Shown here one piece after another: positions 24,218 to 36,854 of a stretch of DNA of 64,000 bases. The notes under the pieces are model-generated. The model saw only the letters and a list, made by a program, of their open reading frames with translations, searched no databases and was not told the origin of the DNA. The stretch lies in the NCBI GenBank assembly GCA_000388065.2, contig KB932211.1. The stretch is one strand, 5' to 3'. Every line of letters starts with the position of its first letter. Position 1 is the stretch's first letter. This DNA comes from Fonticula alba ATCC 38817 (lineage: Eukaryota > Protista > Nucleariida). Both the position numbers and the translations under genes were made by a program.

Positions 24218-25864
24218 CTCGCTTTTCCTCAGATGGATCCCGCCGGGGTGGGTGGATGTGCTTTGCGGCCAGGCGCGCGCGCGGGAGGGGGGTGGGGAGG
24301 AGGAAAAAGGGGAAAAGTGCGGGGGAGGGGGCGGAGGAGGAGGGAAGGAAGAGTAGGTGGGGAATGGCGGCCTGGGGCCGGGCCCGGGCCGGGCTGGTCG
24401 GCGCCCTTTTTGCCGGCGCCCCTGTGCGGACGCGCCAGGGCCCGCCGCCAGGCAGGACCGACTCCCCACTCTCGTCGGGCGAGGCCGCCGGGCGCCGCCG
24501 CCACCGCCGCCGCTAGGGACCAGTGGTCTCAGGGGGGAGGGGGGATGCCCCTGGACTCTGGGAGATCACCCCCCTCTCCCCTTGGCGGATCTCCCACCGG
24601 AGAGGCCACTGGGGGGACGATGGCCCGGGCGAGGCGTCACCGAGTCGGCCCGACGCCGGTCCCCCTCCGACGCGAATGTCAGGACGCATCGGACCCCGCG
24701 GCTTGACGCCGGTCGCCCGGTCGCCTCCTCCCCGAGGCCGGGCTCGCCTCTCGAGCGCGAACGGCGAAACGAACAACACCCAAACACTTCGACGGCCCTG
24801 GGAACATCCGTCGCCGGGGCGCCCCCCGTGGAGCGGGCCCCGGGGATACTCGGCGCGCGGATGTGTGAATGTGCCGCAATGTGCGCGAACGCGCGCCCCC
24901 CCCCCCCCGGAAGGCGGCTCCTCGCAAGGTGTTTTATTTTTTTCCCCCCCAGGGCCAATCATCCGGCTCCATCTGTAAAAGGGGTCAGGCGTGATGTGAC
25001 CCCCTTGGGCGTGACCCCGTGTCGTGTGATACCCCCTGCGCGAGGTGCCGCCTCATGGGGCCTTTGGGGGCGTCCTGCCTGTGCGCCGCCGCCGCGCGGC
25101 GACCTGACTCGCGGACACCGGGCAAGTGGCCTGGCGCAGGCGCCAGCCGGCCGACCCAAGTTATCCTGGGCAGGCTGCCCCGGCCAACGCGGCCTGTGGG
25201 GGAACCGGTTGAAGTCATTGTGGTGTTAGAGCCCCGCGCCGGCGCGGGGCAGCCAGCGCAACGTGCTGATCGCCCAACCCCCGGCGTGTCCCCCACCGGA
25301 CGGTGCTGGAAGGAAGGCCACGAGAGGGGCCGGCCGGGCGGAAGCCATATGCAAATGACACTGGACAGGCCGGACTGGGCCAGCGGGAGCACCCGGCCCA
25401 GAGGGAGCTCGATCTGGCCCGGGCGCGCTCCACCAGCCGTGCCCACTGCGCGGCGACGGATCGGCGCGGGGCCCATCATGCCCCTCTGGCGATGGGGCGG
25501 GCTGGATGGGGGCGGGAGGGGGGGGGAGGGGGGGGGGGGGCGACACGAGCTGAACCCTGTTCGCCCGGAGAAGGATTACCTGATGTCCTCGGCCGCCCCA
25601 ATCCGGGGGCAACGGCGGTGGCGCAGGAGGCCATCTTAGCATCTAGCACGCGCGCGTCCCTCCCCGCGCGCCTCTCCCACTCGCACCGTCTCCGGTGCCC
25701 GAGCCCACACATGCGCCCCGGGCTCAAGAGGCACGATGGTGGGAAGGTGGCCGCCCGGGCGGAAGGGGGGCAACCCCTTTCCACTCCCCCTCCCTGCCAC
25801 TTTCGCTCGCCTCCCTTTGTGTCCCTACGCATCGACATAGACACATCCATATACATACCTCGCC

Positions 25865-26227
25865 ATGACGTCGCACAGTGCCCCCCATCATCCGACTGGT
25901 AGCCCGCTCACAGGGTTCCCCGTGCCCCAGCTCGCCGTTCCGGGCGTGGCTCCCGGGGCCACGCGCCAGGAGTCCGACACCATGGGCTCGGTGCGAATCC
26001 ATCGCCGCGCTTTGCTTGCATGCCCCCTTGTCGCCGGCTGAAGGCTAACCCCGGTGACCGCTCTCGCCTTCGCTTGTGCCCATGTCCCTCGCTCGCCGTC
26101 CCGCCGGCGGTCCCCAGATTGCCGTTCCCGCGGACCGGTATTGGGGCGCCCAGACCCAGCGGTCGCTGGACAACTTCGCCATCGGCAACGATGTCTTCCC
26201 ACGGGGTGCGCACCGCGACACGGGCAA

Positions 26228-26283
<56 letters not shown>

Positions 26284-27727
26284 GCACGCACGCACGCATG
26301 CGCCAGCGGGGGGGGCCTCCTGCCGGATACTGACCTTTGTTTGTCCTTTGCCGCAGAGATGATTCGTGCGCTGGGCATCCTGAAGAAGGTTCGTACTTCG
26401 CCGCCCGATGCTCGGCCAGCATGTGCCCTCATATTGACCCTGTGCCGGTCCTCGGCCCCGGCCCCTTTCGCCCTTTTCCCCCCCTGGCTTTGCAGTCGAC
26501 GGCCATCACCAACGCCAAGCTCGGCCTGCTGCCGCAGAATCTGGCGGACCTGATCATTGCGGCGGCCGACGAGGTGATCTCCGGGCAGCTGGACTCGCAC
26601 TTCCCGCTGAAGATCTGGCAAACCGGCTCCGGGACCCAGACCAACATGAACACCAACGAGGTGATTTCCAACCGAGCCATCGAGGCGGCCGGCGGTGTGC
26701 TTGGCTCCAAGAAGCCGGTCCACCCGAATGACCACGGTGCGCGCAGCATGTCACCTCACCTTGGTCCGGGGGCCGCTGTTTGCTGACTGCCCTTGTCGCG
26801 GCTTCCCGGACGCAACGTCCCCTCCCCTCGGCACCCTCAGTCAACATGAGCCAGTCCTCCAACGACACCTTCCCGACGGCCATGCACATTGCCGTGGCCG
26901 AGCAGGTCCATCACAAGCTCCTGCCCGAGGTGCGCCTGCTGCTGGCGGCCATCCAGCAGAAGGTCGAAGGTACGCGTGCATATGTGTGGGTCATGCGTGT
27001 GATGCTGTTGCCGCTGCTGCTGCTGCTGCTGCTGCTGTTGTTGTTGCCGCTGCTGCTGCTGTTGCCGCTGCTGCTGCTGCTGTTGCCGCTGCTGCTGCTG
27101 CTGCTGCCGCTGCTGCTGCCGCTGCTGCCGCTGCTGCTGCTGCTGCTGTTGCCGCTGCTGCTGCTGTTACCGCTGCTGCTGCTGTTGTCGCTGCTGTTGC
27201 TCTGCTGACGATGATGATGATCTCGCCGGCCCCCTATGCTCACCTCCCTCTCCCCGCCCCCTGCTTTTGCCGGCCCAGCCTTCCAGCACATCATCAAGAT
27301 CGGCCGCACCCACCTGCAGGATGCCACCCCTTTGACCATGGGCCAGGCGTTCAGCTCGTTTGCCTCGCAGCTGGAGCAGGCCCTGCACGCGATCGAGGTG
27401 AACCTGACCGGGGTGCTGGCGCTGGCCATCGGCGGGACGGCCGTCGGGACGGGGCTCAATGCGCCGGTTGGCTTTGCAGAGGGCGCCGCGGCGGCCATCG
27501 CCGCCGAGACCGGGCTGCCATTTGTGAGCGCCCCCAACAAGTTTGCCGCCCTGTCCGGGCATGAGGCCCTGTCGGCCCTGCACGGGGGCGGCCTGCGGAC
27601 GCTGGCCGTGGCCCTGACCAAGATCGCCAATGACATTCGCCTGCTGGGATCCGGGCCGCGGTCCGGCCTGGGGGAGCTCAACCTGCCGGCCAATGAGCCC
27701 GGGTCGTCCATCATGCCGGGCAAGGTG

Positions 27728-27767
<40 letters not shown>

Positions 27768-27944
27768 AGGTTCTGGGCAATGACGCGGCCGTGGCCATCG
27801 GCGCCATGAACGGCCACATGGAGCTGAATGTGTACAAGCCGCTGATCCTGCGCAACGTTCTGGAGTCCACGCGCCTGCTGGCCGACAGCATGCGGTCCTT
27901 CCGGGTGCATTGCGTTGAGGGTGCGTGCTGTGGGCAGCTGGCTG

Positions 27945-27982
<38 letters not shown>

Positions 27983-28420
27983 CCTTTCCGAAGAGAGCCC
28001 ACCATGCCTTCTCCCTCCTGCCCATTCCCCTTGCCTGTGCCCTGGTTGTCCTTGGTGGCCTGCATGGGCCCCATGCGTGGCCTCTTCCTGGCATGGGGGC
28101 ACTCCTGCTCCCCCTTTGCTTGCTCTCTCTCTCCATGTCTCCCCCCCTTCCCTCCCTTACACACGCACACACACACACCTCCAGGTATCACCGCGAACGA
28201 GACGCGCATTCGCGAGCACCTCAACAACTCCCTGATGCTGGTGACCGCCCTGGCGCCGCACATTGGCTACGAGAAGGCCGCCGCCATCGCGTATCGTGCC
28301 TTCGAGACCGGCGGCACCCTGCGCGCCGTGGCCATCGAGGGGGGCTATGTCACCGGCGAGGAGTTCGACCGCTGGGTCGACCCGGCGGCCATGTGCGCCC
28401 CAGGCGCGGGCAACGCATGA
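25865..28420 (+). CDS. FUM1: Fumarate hydratase class II (fumarase), 7 exons
   Basis: RQESDTMGS|[57 protein letters not shown] and the signature [15 protein letters not shown]. Donors at 25991, 26206, 26389, 26737, 26970, 27921. Confidence 0.97.
26231..26279 (+). repeat. (CA)n microsatellite in fumarase intron 2
   Basis: About 24 CA units read directly. Confidence 0.95.
27003..27206 (+). repeat. Interrupted (CTG)n/TTGCCG triplet repeat in fumarase intron 5
   Basis: About 200 nt of CTG triplets punctuated by TTG CCG. Confidence 0.95.
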
Positions 28421-31418
28421 AAGGCAGGCCACCGCGCCCATGCGCGGTGCGCGCCATGATGCCGCACTGCCCCCTTGCCCCAGCCCCGCCGAACAAGGGG
28501 CCACAAGAAGAGGACACGGCTGTGTGGGAGACACTTCGATATGCCATTTTTTTTCCCCCTCCACTCCCACCCTCTTTGCCCTCTTCTCTCCCCATCTGTC
28601 TTTGGCCTCGCCTGGTGGAAAGGTCACCGAGGGGAGGGGCCAGACTGCCTCCTGCTCCCTCCTCGCCGCCGCCGCCGCCGCCGCCTGCACGGAGAAAACA
28701 GCGGTGTTCCACCAAATACACCTGTCCCCGGATTCCGCGTTTGCGTGACCATGGTCATGATGGTGGTCGCGTGATCTTCTCAGAATGCGCGCCCAGGGCG
28801 GCACGCCGCAAGCGCGTTACCGCCTCTGACCGCCAAGAGAAGAGAGGTGCATGCTTTGTGGCGTGGGCGGGGGGAGAAACAGGAAATCGCATTGCNNNNN
28901 NNNNNNNNNNNNNNNNNNNNNNNNNNNNNNNNNNNNNNNNNNNNNNNNNNNNNNNNNNNNNNNNNNNNNNNNNNNNNNNNNNNNNNNNNNNNNNNNNNNN
29001 NNNNNNNNNNNNNNNNNNNNNNNNNNNNNNNNNNNNNNNNNNNNNNNNNNNNNNNNNNNNNNNNNNNNNNNNNNNNNNNNNNNNNNNNNNNNNNNNNNNN
29101 NNNNNNNNNNNNNNNNNNNNNNNNNNNNNNNNNNNNNNNNNNNNNNGGGGGGGAATGCTGCTGCGGCGGGGGAACGAGGGGAGATATCCGCGCCCGGGTG
29201 AATATCCCCGGGGGGAATGCCGCACCGGGAAGACACGGCGGCCAGGATGGCGGGCTCACGCCACCGAGGGGACCGAGGGCGGGGGCCTCACCACTGCATG
29301 CGGCTGTTTACGCCCGGGGGGTATGGGTGGGGGTGTGGGCGCGCGCTCGGCGCCCCGACCGGGGCACACATACCTGGCCACCGCCAGCCCCAATGCGCCG
29401 GCTGCCCCCTGGGCCCGGGTGCGGCTGCGTGCGATCTGGCCGATCACGGTCGGGAGGGGGACCAGGCCGTTTTCCCCCCCCCCCGCCCCCCCTCTTCCCG
29501 CCCGAGGCCCGGCGGTCGCTGCTTAGCCACCGCCCGCGTGAGTTGGACCGGCGACGCGACCAGCCGGACGAGAAGGCCGGGAGGGAGAGGCAGGCCGCGA
29601 GGCAGGCAGGCGCCAAAGGCAGAGCCTTCCTGTGCACACCACCAAGCGGTCACTCGCGGGTGGTGGTGCGTCCGGGGCGCGAGTAATGCCGGCACGCAAT
29701 ATGCGAGCCGTGGACACACAATCGAGTACGGACGCTTTCTCGGAAGGCGGGCCCCTGTGCGAGCGCGCGGGCACGCTCCGCCCCCCCCCCCCTCCCCCCC
29801 CCCGGAGGGGGAGATCAACTAGCTGGCCGCACGCGCGAACACACGCCCCGGGGGCGCTCACGGTCGCCACCGGCTGTCGGGGGCGGTCTGTGGCTGCTGG
29901 GGGTAGCGGCGGCCGGGAATGCCCACAAATGTCCCCTGCTTCGGTCCCGGCGCGGGTGGACAGCCGGGACGCTTCTGACGTCCCCACCCCTGCGCGGCTG
30001 TTTCACATCCCGGCTTCGGCCCGGGCGTGCCGGGCGAACTCGGGAGAAGCCCGGGCATTTTTCCTCCCTGCCCCGCGCTGCCGGTCACCACCCTCGGGGG
30101 CCCCTGAGGGCGGAGGACGCCCAGCGCGCCGGGCGGGCACACGGTTGTCCCCACCCACGCCGTGCACGCCCGCCCCGCCCCCCCCCCCCTCCCCAGGGCC
30201 TGCTGCCAGGACCGTGAGCGAGAGAGGGACAGCGGGCGTCACCCGCGGCGGGACGGTGACTGGGGGTCCCTTGCGGTCGGTCTCTCCGTGGGGGGTGGTG
30301 GAGGGGGGCAGGGCGTTTAGGTCGCCCCGGAGCGCCGAGCCGCCGGACCGCGGTCCAGCTCCCCGGGGCCCGGCCCAAGGCCCCCGCCTCGACCGCAGGG
30401 GGCCGACCGGGCGCTCCGCCCCCACCGCACCGAGCGCCTGGGCCGGCCCCGAGCGCCGAGGGGCAGCGGAACCTGCCTGCTCGGGATTAGTGTACCCTTC
30501 CCCCCTGCCCCCGGACGGGGGGGCGATGGCAGGTGTTCCTCTTGCTCCCCCGGGCATCCGACCGGCCCGCGCGGCGCGTTCTGGCCTTGTGTTTTTTTCC
30601 CGGCCAGCGGGATGGGCCTCGGGGCCGGACGAGGTGTCTCCGTGAGCGGCGATCCGCGCCCGCGAGAGCGATCCCCCCTCCCTCCCCCGGGGGCGCGTCC
30701 CAACGGGGCGCGGTGGGCGTCTCTGCCGCACCGACAAAAGGCGGGCAGGGCCCGTGCCGAAGTTTGGTTCAGGGCCCGGGGAAACGCGATCCGAATTCCC
30801 TCCATGCCCCCCCCCCTTGGGGGGCGGGGGCGGGGGCCGCGGGCTACCACTGGCCTGTGCCCTCCCGGGGGCGTACACACCCGCGGACGGGCGGAGTATG
30901 TGAGTATGTGAGTATGTGCGTGCGCGCGAGCGATCCTGCGACTTCGTGCGCATGCGCCCCCCCCCCCCCGGTCCTGGGGTTAATACCCCTTGCAGACCCG
31001 CGCGCCGTCCCCCTCCGTCTCCCCCAGGCACGCTGAGACATTCCGCAGAGGGACGGGCCGGCTCACGGCCAGGCGCCAGGCGGGTGTGTGTGCCGCGCAT
31101 GCGCTTGGGCCCCTGGCAAGCCCCTTCGCCTGGCCGGGCGCACACCAGGAACCGGCGGGGAGAAAAGCCGCGCTCGTACGGACACGCGTCCCCGGTCGGC
31201 CGGCAATCTACCTCCCCACACCGCCGCCGCCGTCCCCCTTTTGCCGTGTCAGCCCTTCACCTGCCTCCGGCTCCCGGTCTCCTCTCGCCCCCCGCCCCCT
31301 CTCGGCCCCTTTTTGCTTGCCCGCCTGCCTGCCTGCCTGCTTCCCCCTGCGCCCCAACCCCCCGCCCCTCCCCCGCCCCTGGACCACCTCCTCCCTGAGC
31401 CGGCGCCGCGTACACACC

Positions 31419-33362
31419 ATGCAGCTGGCCTCGAACCTCAGCCCGCACTCGTCCGGCGCGCCGGCCACGACCGGGCACAAGGCCTCCTTCTCGGCGCCGG
31501 CGCCGGCCGGCCCACGGGCGCCGCCGACCCCTCCGGCCCGGTCCACGGCCGGGTCGCCGGCCACCTCCCCCGGGGGGTGGTCCTGCCGCAGCACCCGGCC
31601 ATCCGCCGGTCGATCGCCGACCTGTGCGGGGGGTTTGCCCCCTCGGAGCACTTTGCCCTGGAACTCCCCTCCGGCCATGGGGGCGGATCGACTGCCATCC
31701 CGGAAACCGTGGCCGATGCCCTGCCGGAGGGCTGCCCGACGGTGGAGCAGCTGGCCCAGCAGCCGGACAATGACATCCGCTTTTACCGGGAGCACTTCCT
31801 GGACCGTGGTGCGTCCTCCCGGCCTCCCTCCTCCCTTTGCCACCTTTCGCACCGGGCATGCGTGTGCTCCGTGTGCTCCGTGTGCTCCGTGTGCTTGGAT
31901 GCCGCGCGGCGACAGCGGCGGCATGGTTCCTCCCCCTGCTCCCCCTGCGCCGAGGGCAGCGCGTGCATGCCGCGCAGGGCGAGCGACCATGCGAAGAAGA
32001 AACTGACCGAAACACACGGTGCCCCCGCACCCCCTCCCGCCGCCGCCGCCCGCCAGACCACATGAACTTCCTCGCGCTCGAAACCCCCAGCGGCCCGGTG
32101 GCCGTGTCGATCGTCCTGGCGCCAGATGGCACGGCCGCCTCTCGCGGGCCGCACTACCTGTGTCTGGTGCGGACCGGGCGCGGGTCGCAGCAGACCACGC
32201 GCGGGGTGGCCCAGATCCCGGTGCCCTTCTTCCGGCGGCTGTTCGGCCTCGGGCCCTCGACGGATGCCCTGCTCCGGGGGCTGGTGTCGACGCCGCTGCC
32301 GGCCGGGGCCCTGCGCCTGAACCGGCATCCGCAGCTCCCCCGGGCACTGATCAGCATGGAGGAGCGCCAGGTGATCCACAACTACAAGTTTGGCCTGCTG
32401 TATGCCCGCGCCGGGCAGGACACCGAGGCCGAGCTGCTGGCCAATGCCGACCCGGAATACCACACCCCCACGACCCCCGGGGCGCCGGCCCCGCTGCCGG
32501 TGTCCGAGGCGTATCGGCAATTCCTGGCCTGGCTCGGCGACCGGGTCACCCTCAAGGGCTGGACCGGCTACCGGGGCGGCCTGGACGTGGTGGACAATTT
32601 GACCGGCCGCGAGTCGGTATACGCCCTGTGGCAGGGGTACGACATCATGTTCCATGTGGCCACGATGCTGCCGCTGATCGACCAGGCCACCGGGGCCGGG
32701 GACCAGGCCGCCATCGCCGGGGGGTATGTCCAGCAGCTGGAGCGCAAGCGCCACATCGGCAATGACATCGTGGTCATCGTCTTCCAGGATGCGGACACCC
32801 TGCCCGGGGCGCTGCCCTTCAATCTGGACAGCGTGGACTCCAAGCAGAACCATGTGTTTGTCAGTGTGACGCCGGTGCCCCGGAACCCGAACGACCCGCC
32901 CGGCACGCCGGACTACTACCGGGTGACGCTGGCCCGGAAGTCCGGCGTCCCGGGCTTCGGGCCGCCGCTGCCGATCAAGGTGTCCCGCGATGCGGATGGT
33001 CGGAACTGGTTCCTGTACAAGCGTGCGTGCCGGACACCCTGGCCTCCTCCTTTCCCTTCTTCTTCTTTTATCCTCCCGCCGCCCGTACCTCTCTGCGATT
33101 TGCGCATGCGGAGGGGAGGGGGGGGGGGGCGGCTGATGTGATGTGCAATGCGCCCGGGCTTTCTCCCCTACCAGGGAGCCTCCTGTCCTTTCTCACCCTC
33201 GCCATTCGTGTGTGTCCCCCCACACCCCGCCTTGCCGTGCCGTGCCGTGCCACAACAGTCATCAGCGCCGAGCGTGCCTCCTACAAGGCGCCGAGCTTCG
33301 CGCCGAAGCTGGCCCGCACTCGGCAGGTCCTGCTTCATGACGTGGTCAAGACGCATATGTAA
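31419..33362 (+). CDS. Rap GTPase-activating protein (Rap1GAP-type domain); 5' end uncertain
   Basis: FYREHFLDR|DHMNF, NYKFGLLY, FLAWLGDRVTLKGWTGYRGGLD, IMFHVATMLP, Asn-thumb motif LERKRHIGNDIV, and K|LISAERA. Introns 31809-32056 and 33023-33258. The best-context ATG (31419) is out of frame with the domain (see findings). Confidence 0.9.
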
Positions 33363-35570
33363 GGCGTGCGCCTGGCCCTCGCGCGCCCGCTGCCTTCCTC
33401 CTCCTCCTTTTCCCCTTCACGATGTCCTTGAGAGCCGCCATGTTTGCTGCTGCGCACCCGTATGCCCCTCGCCTCCATTAATGTTCCTTGCCTTTCCCCT
33501 CACAATCAGTGACCTGTGAGCGCGAGAAAGATTCGACCTGAGGTCGAGAAATGTACTACCTTTCAAAGCATGGGCGGCCTCCTGGGGAGCGAAAGAGGGG
33601 CAGAAGGGGGGGGGGGGGGGGAAGCCGGCAGAGGGGGCACATAAAAAAACCGAGAGACAAAGAAAGAGAGAGGGCGGGGGGGGGAGAGGGAGAGACGCAC
33701 ACACAGCAGACACCGGACCGGCACGTCGAACCCGGTGGGTCGTACGCACAACAGAGCCGGGAGATCGCGCAGCCCTGCCGGCGGCTGGCGGAGTCGATCG
33801 GACGACTTGGTCATGTGGGGGCGTGATATTGGCCGGCGTGACCCGGGGCCGGTAACAAACGATGCCGGCGCCCCTGGCGGAGCGGCTGGAGAGGCTGCGA
33901 AAAAAAAGGGGAGAAAAACCGTAAGCGGTGAGACGCACCCGGGTGCGAACCGGGCAGGCGGCTTGCCCGGCGGCGGACACCTTCGTCGCCACGTTCACGC
34001 GCACGCGAGCCCCTCCCCCCGGGCAGGGGGGGTCGGTTGTCAGCAAGAGTGACACCCTACTCCGAGCGGTCGGCTCAGGCACCGGCGGGGGGGGAGAGAG
34101 CAAGGGCTACCAACAGTGGGAGGCACGCCGACGAAGGCCGAGGGGCGGGGGGGACGGGTTGGGGCAATTAGGAAACCAGCCGCCAGTGGAAGACGACGAA
34201 TTAGGTTGCCCTGTGTGTGGTGCTCGCGCGCGCGCATGTGCGTGTGTTACCGGGCCCGGGAAGAGGCCCCCGTCGGGGAGGGACGAGCCATCGGAGGCGC
34301 CGGTTCCCGGGCTTCACGCATGCGGTGCCAATAATCGGCCATTAATATTCCATCGTGGGGAGGTCTCCCTAGCAGGAGGGGGGGTGTATGTTGCTTTCTG
34401 CCCCCGGCAGTCCCCTCGCTTGTGCGTAGGGCGCCCTTCCTCGGCCGGTGAGTGCGTTGCTCGCCCGGGAAAAATATCCAGCGACGTGGCGGGGGGGGGG
34501 GGTAGGCACAGGCGCCGCCAGGCGGGATGCCACTCTCTGGGCGAGGGCCGAGGGGCGGCCAGCCGGCCCCCGGGGATTAGGGCTTATGTTCAATTGTCCA
34601 CATGAACTTTTGGCGGATCACTCGGGCACCAGTGACCACCCACCCGTTGCCCACAATGTTCGGTCGCCGGTGCGGCGGCGGCGCGCCCGGGGCCGGCGCA
34701 GGGGGCGAGGCCGGCCGGCTGTGTGCCATTTTCTCTGGGTGTGTGCGCGAGGGCGCGGCTCGGCCCGGTCTCGGGGGCCCGGCGACCCGGAGAGAGGGCG
34801 ACGGCGACGAATGCGGAGTGTGCCTGCTGCCGCTGATGTGTCCCCTGCGTTCCGGGGCTGGGGCCTCCTGTGCCGGTTCGCGCTGGCGCCGGTCCCCCGC
34901 GGCACCGACGAGTCCGGCAGAGCGACATGTTCCCCTGCAGTTGTGGGTCGAGGGAGGGGCCGCAGACAGGGGGCGGGGCGATGTCCGCGTTCCTCGCGGA
35001 TGCGTGCGCCCAGGGCCGATATGTAGCCTCCCCCCTGCTGGGAGAGTCTCGCAGGACCAAAGGGAGGTGTGTGAGCCCTGCTTCGGGGGGGGGGGGGGGG
35101 GGGGGGCGGGGGCCGGCTGAGAGCGAGGCAGGGTTTGTGGTGCGATGTGCTTCTCTCTCTCTCTCTCTCTCTCTCGAGTGCCGCGCCAGGATAACGCGTG
35201 GGCCTGTGACGCGGCGCCCGTGTGTGTGTTTGTGTTTGTGAGGGGGGCGGGAGGGGGGCACCACGGTGCCGGTGCCACCGCCGCCGGGGGGGGGGGGACC
35301 ACCCCCGCTCGGGGTTAGTCACCGCAGCNNNNNNNNNNNNNNNNNNNNNNNNNNNNNNNNNNNNNNNNNNNNNNNNNNNNNNNNNNNNNNNNNNNNNNNN
35401 NNNNNNNNNNNNNNNNNNNNNNNNNNNNNGGGGGGGGGGTAGGGTCGGTGTGTGTGTGTGTCCATGTCCGTGTCTGCGTGCGGGGGTTGTGGACTTCCGG
35501 GCCCGGCGCCGGGCCGCCGCCCTCCCCCCGGGGAGCGGCAAGGACGGGGAGCAGGCAGCCAGCACTCCAG

Positions 35571-35577
35571 TATAAAA
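35571..35577 (+). promoter_or_regulatory. TATA box (TATAAAA) upstream of RPL41, followed by a pyrimidine tract and a putative 5'-UTR intron 35658-36015
   Basis: TATAAAA in GC-rich context, CCTTTTGTTTCT at 35641, GTTCGT donor at 35658, TACTGAC branch-like site and a CGCAG acceptor 3 nt before the ATG. Confidence 0.55.
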
Positions 35578-36018
35578 GGCGGCACCAGGTCCACACTCCC
35601 CTGGGGCTTAGACCTCGGAGAAACTTTTGGTCCCCCCTTACCTTTTGTTTCTGATCCGTTCGTACAAACCCTCCTCCCCTTCTCTCCCCCCCCGCCCACT
35701 TGCCCATGCACACGCACGCACACCCGCGCCCCATCCTCCGCCCGCATGATGCGACCATCTGGTTCCTCCTCTCTGCCGCGCACATCCCCCCGGCGGCGCA
35801 GCTGTTCCCCCCTGCTGCGCTGCTGGCACCCTGCGCCGACACGATGAAGTCCGCTTGATCCTCACGCTCTGGAGCGCGCACGCGGGCGCATGTGGTGCTG
35901 CTGCTGCTGCTGCTGTTGATGCCCCTACCCCTGCTCCCCCTCTCGCTCGCTCCATCCCCCGAGGCCGCCCATACTGACTCAGCCCCCCTTCTCTTCCTCT
36001 CTCGCGTATCCGCAGAGG

Positions 36019-36096
36019 ATGCGTGATAAGTGGAGAAAGAAGCGCCAGCGCCGCCTCAAGCGTAAGCGCAGAAAGATGCGCCAGCGCTCTAAGTAA
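36019..36096 (+). CDS. RPL41: Ribosomal protein eL41 (eS32), 25 aa: MRDKWRKKRQRRLKRKRRKMRQRSK
   Basis: Translated by hand. Length and sequence match the conserved M-R-x-KWRKKR-x-RRLKRKRRKMR-x-RSK pattern. Confidence 0.97.
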   Translation: MRDKWRKKRQRRLKRKRRKMRQRSK

Positions 36097-36821
36097 GTGA
36101 ATCGCGCCGCGACAGCGGAGGCGGCTCGCCCCCACTCCCCGGACACCTAACAGGGACATAGACCGCTGGTCGTCGGGCTGTCTCATCCTCCAGCCTGCGG
36201 CCCGTACTGTTTGGGTCCCACCCGGGAAGTGGACGAGTCTTCCCCCTCCCCCCTTGCCTCCGCTGTCACACAGCTGTGCAGGGGCGTGTCCCCCCCCCGT
36301 GCGCGCGCTTCCATCAGCGCCCCGCCGGGTCCCGTGGCGAAGAGGGGAGGGCCTATGCCCCTCTCTCTCCCGCCCCGTGTGCCTGGTGTGGGCCGGTGCG
36401 CGCCGGACCAGGCCCCACGTCCCTTGCCGCTGTGCGCCAGGCCATCCGCCAGCTTTCCCGCCTCTTCCCCCTTCCCCCCTCTCCTTGGAGGGGGGCCGGG
36501 GGGGGGCCGGGGCTGCTGGCGTCCCTTGGTCTGGCTTGGCCGATGCTCACTCCCCCGACATATTTCCCTGCCAACATTATCCTCCCCCCCCTTGTTGTTG
36601 ACAGAAAGTGCCTCAGTTTTTTCTTTCGGCTGCGTCCCTGGCTAGGGCCCCCCTCCTCCCCGACTTCCCTTCCAGTTGCCGGGCGGGGCGGGGGCGGCTC
36701 TCTCTCTGTGGCCGCCGCCGAATAAATCAACCGTTTTCACATAAGATCCCCCTTGTTTTGTTTTCTCCCTGTCTTTTCCCTTGTTTGTGTGTGTGTGGGC
36801 CGCGGGCGAGGGTGTCTCCTT

Positions 36822-36854
<33 letters not shown>

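Noticed and set aside
34605-34627. AACTTTTGGCGGATCACTCGG resembles the 5' end of 5.8S rRNA
   Set aside because: Only about 11 nt (GGATCACTCGG) match. The conserved downstream GATGAAGAACGCAGC is absent and there is no rDNA context.
36093-36153. GTAAGT overlapping the RPL41 stop codon with a downstream CTAACAG, suggesting a spliced, extended eL41
   Set aside because: AAG-TAA is simply the conserved Lys-stop ending, and no +4A donor occurs among the 52 introns placed here. Not excluded without RNA-seq.
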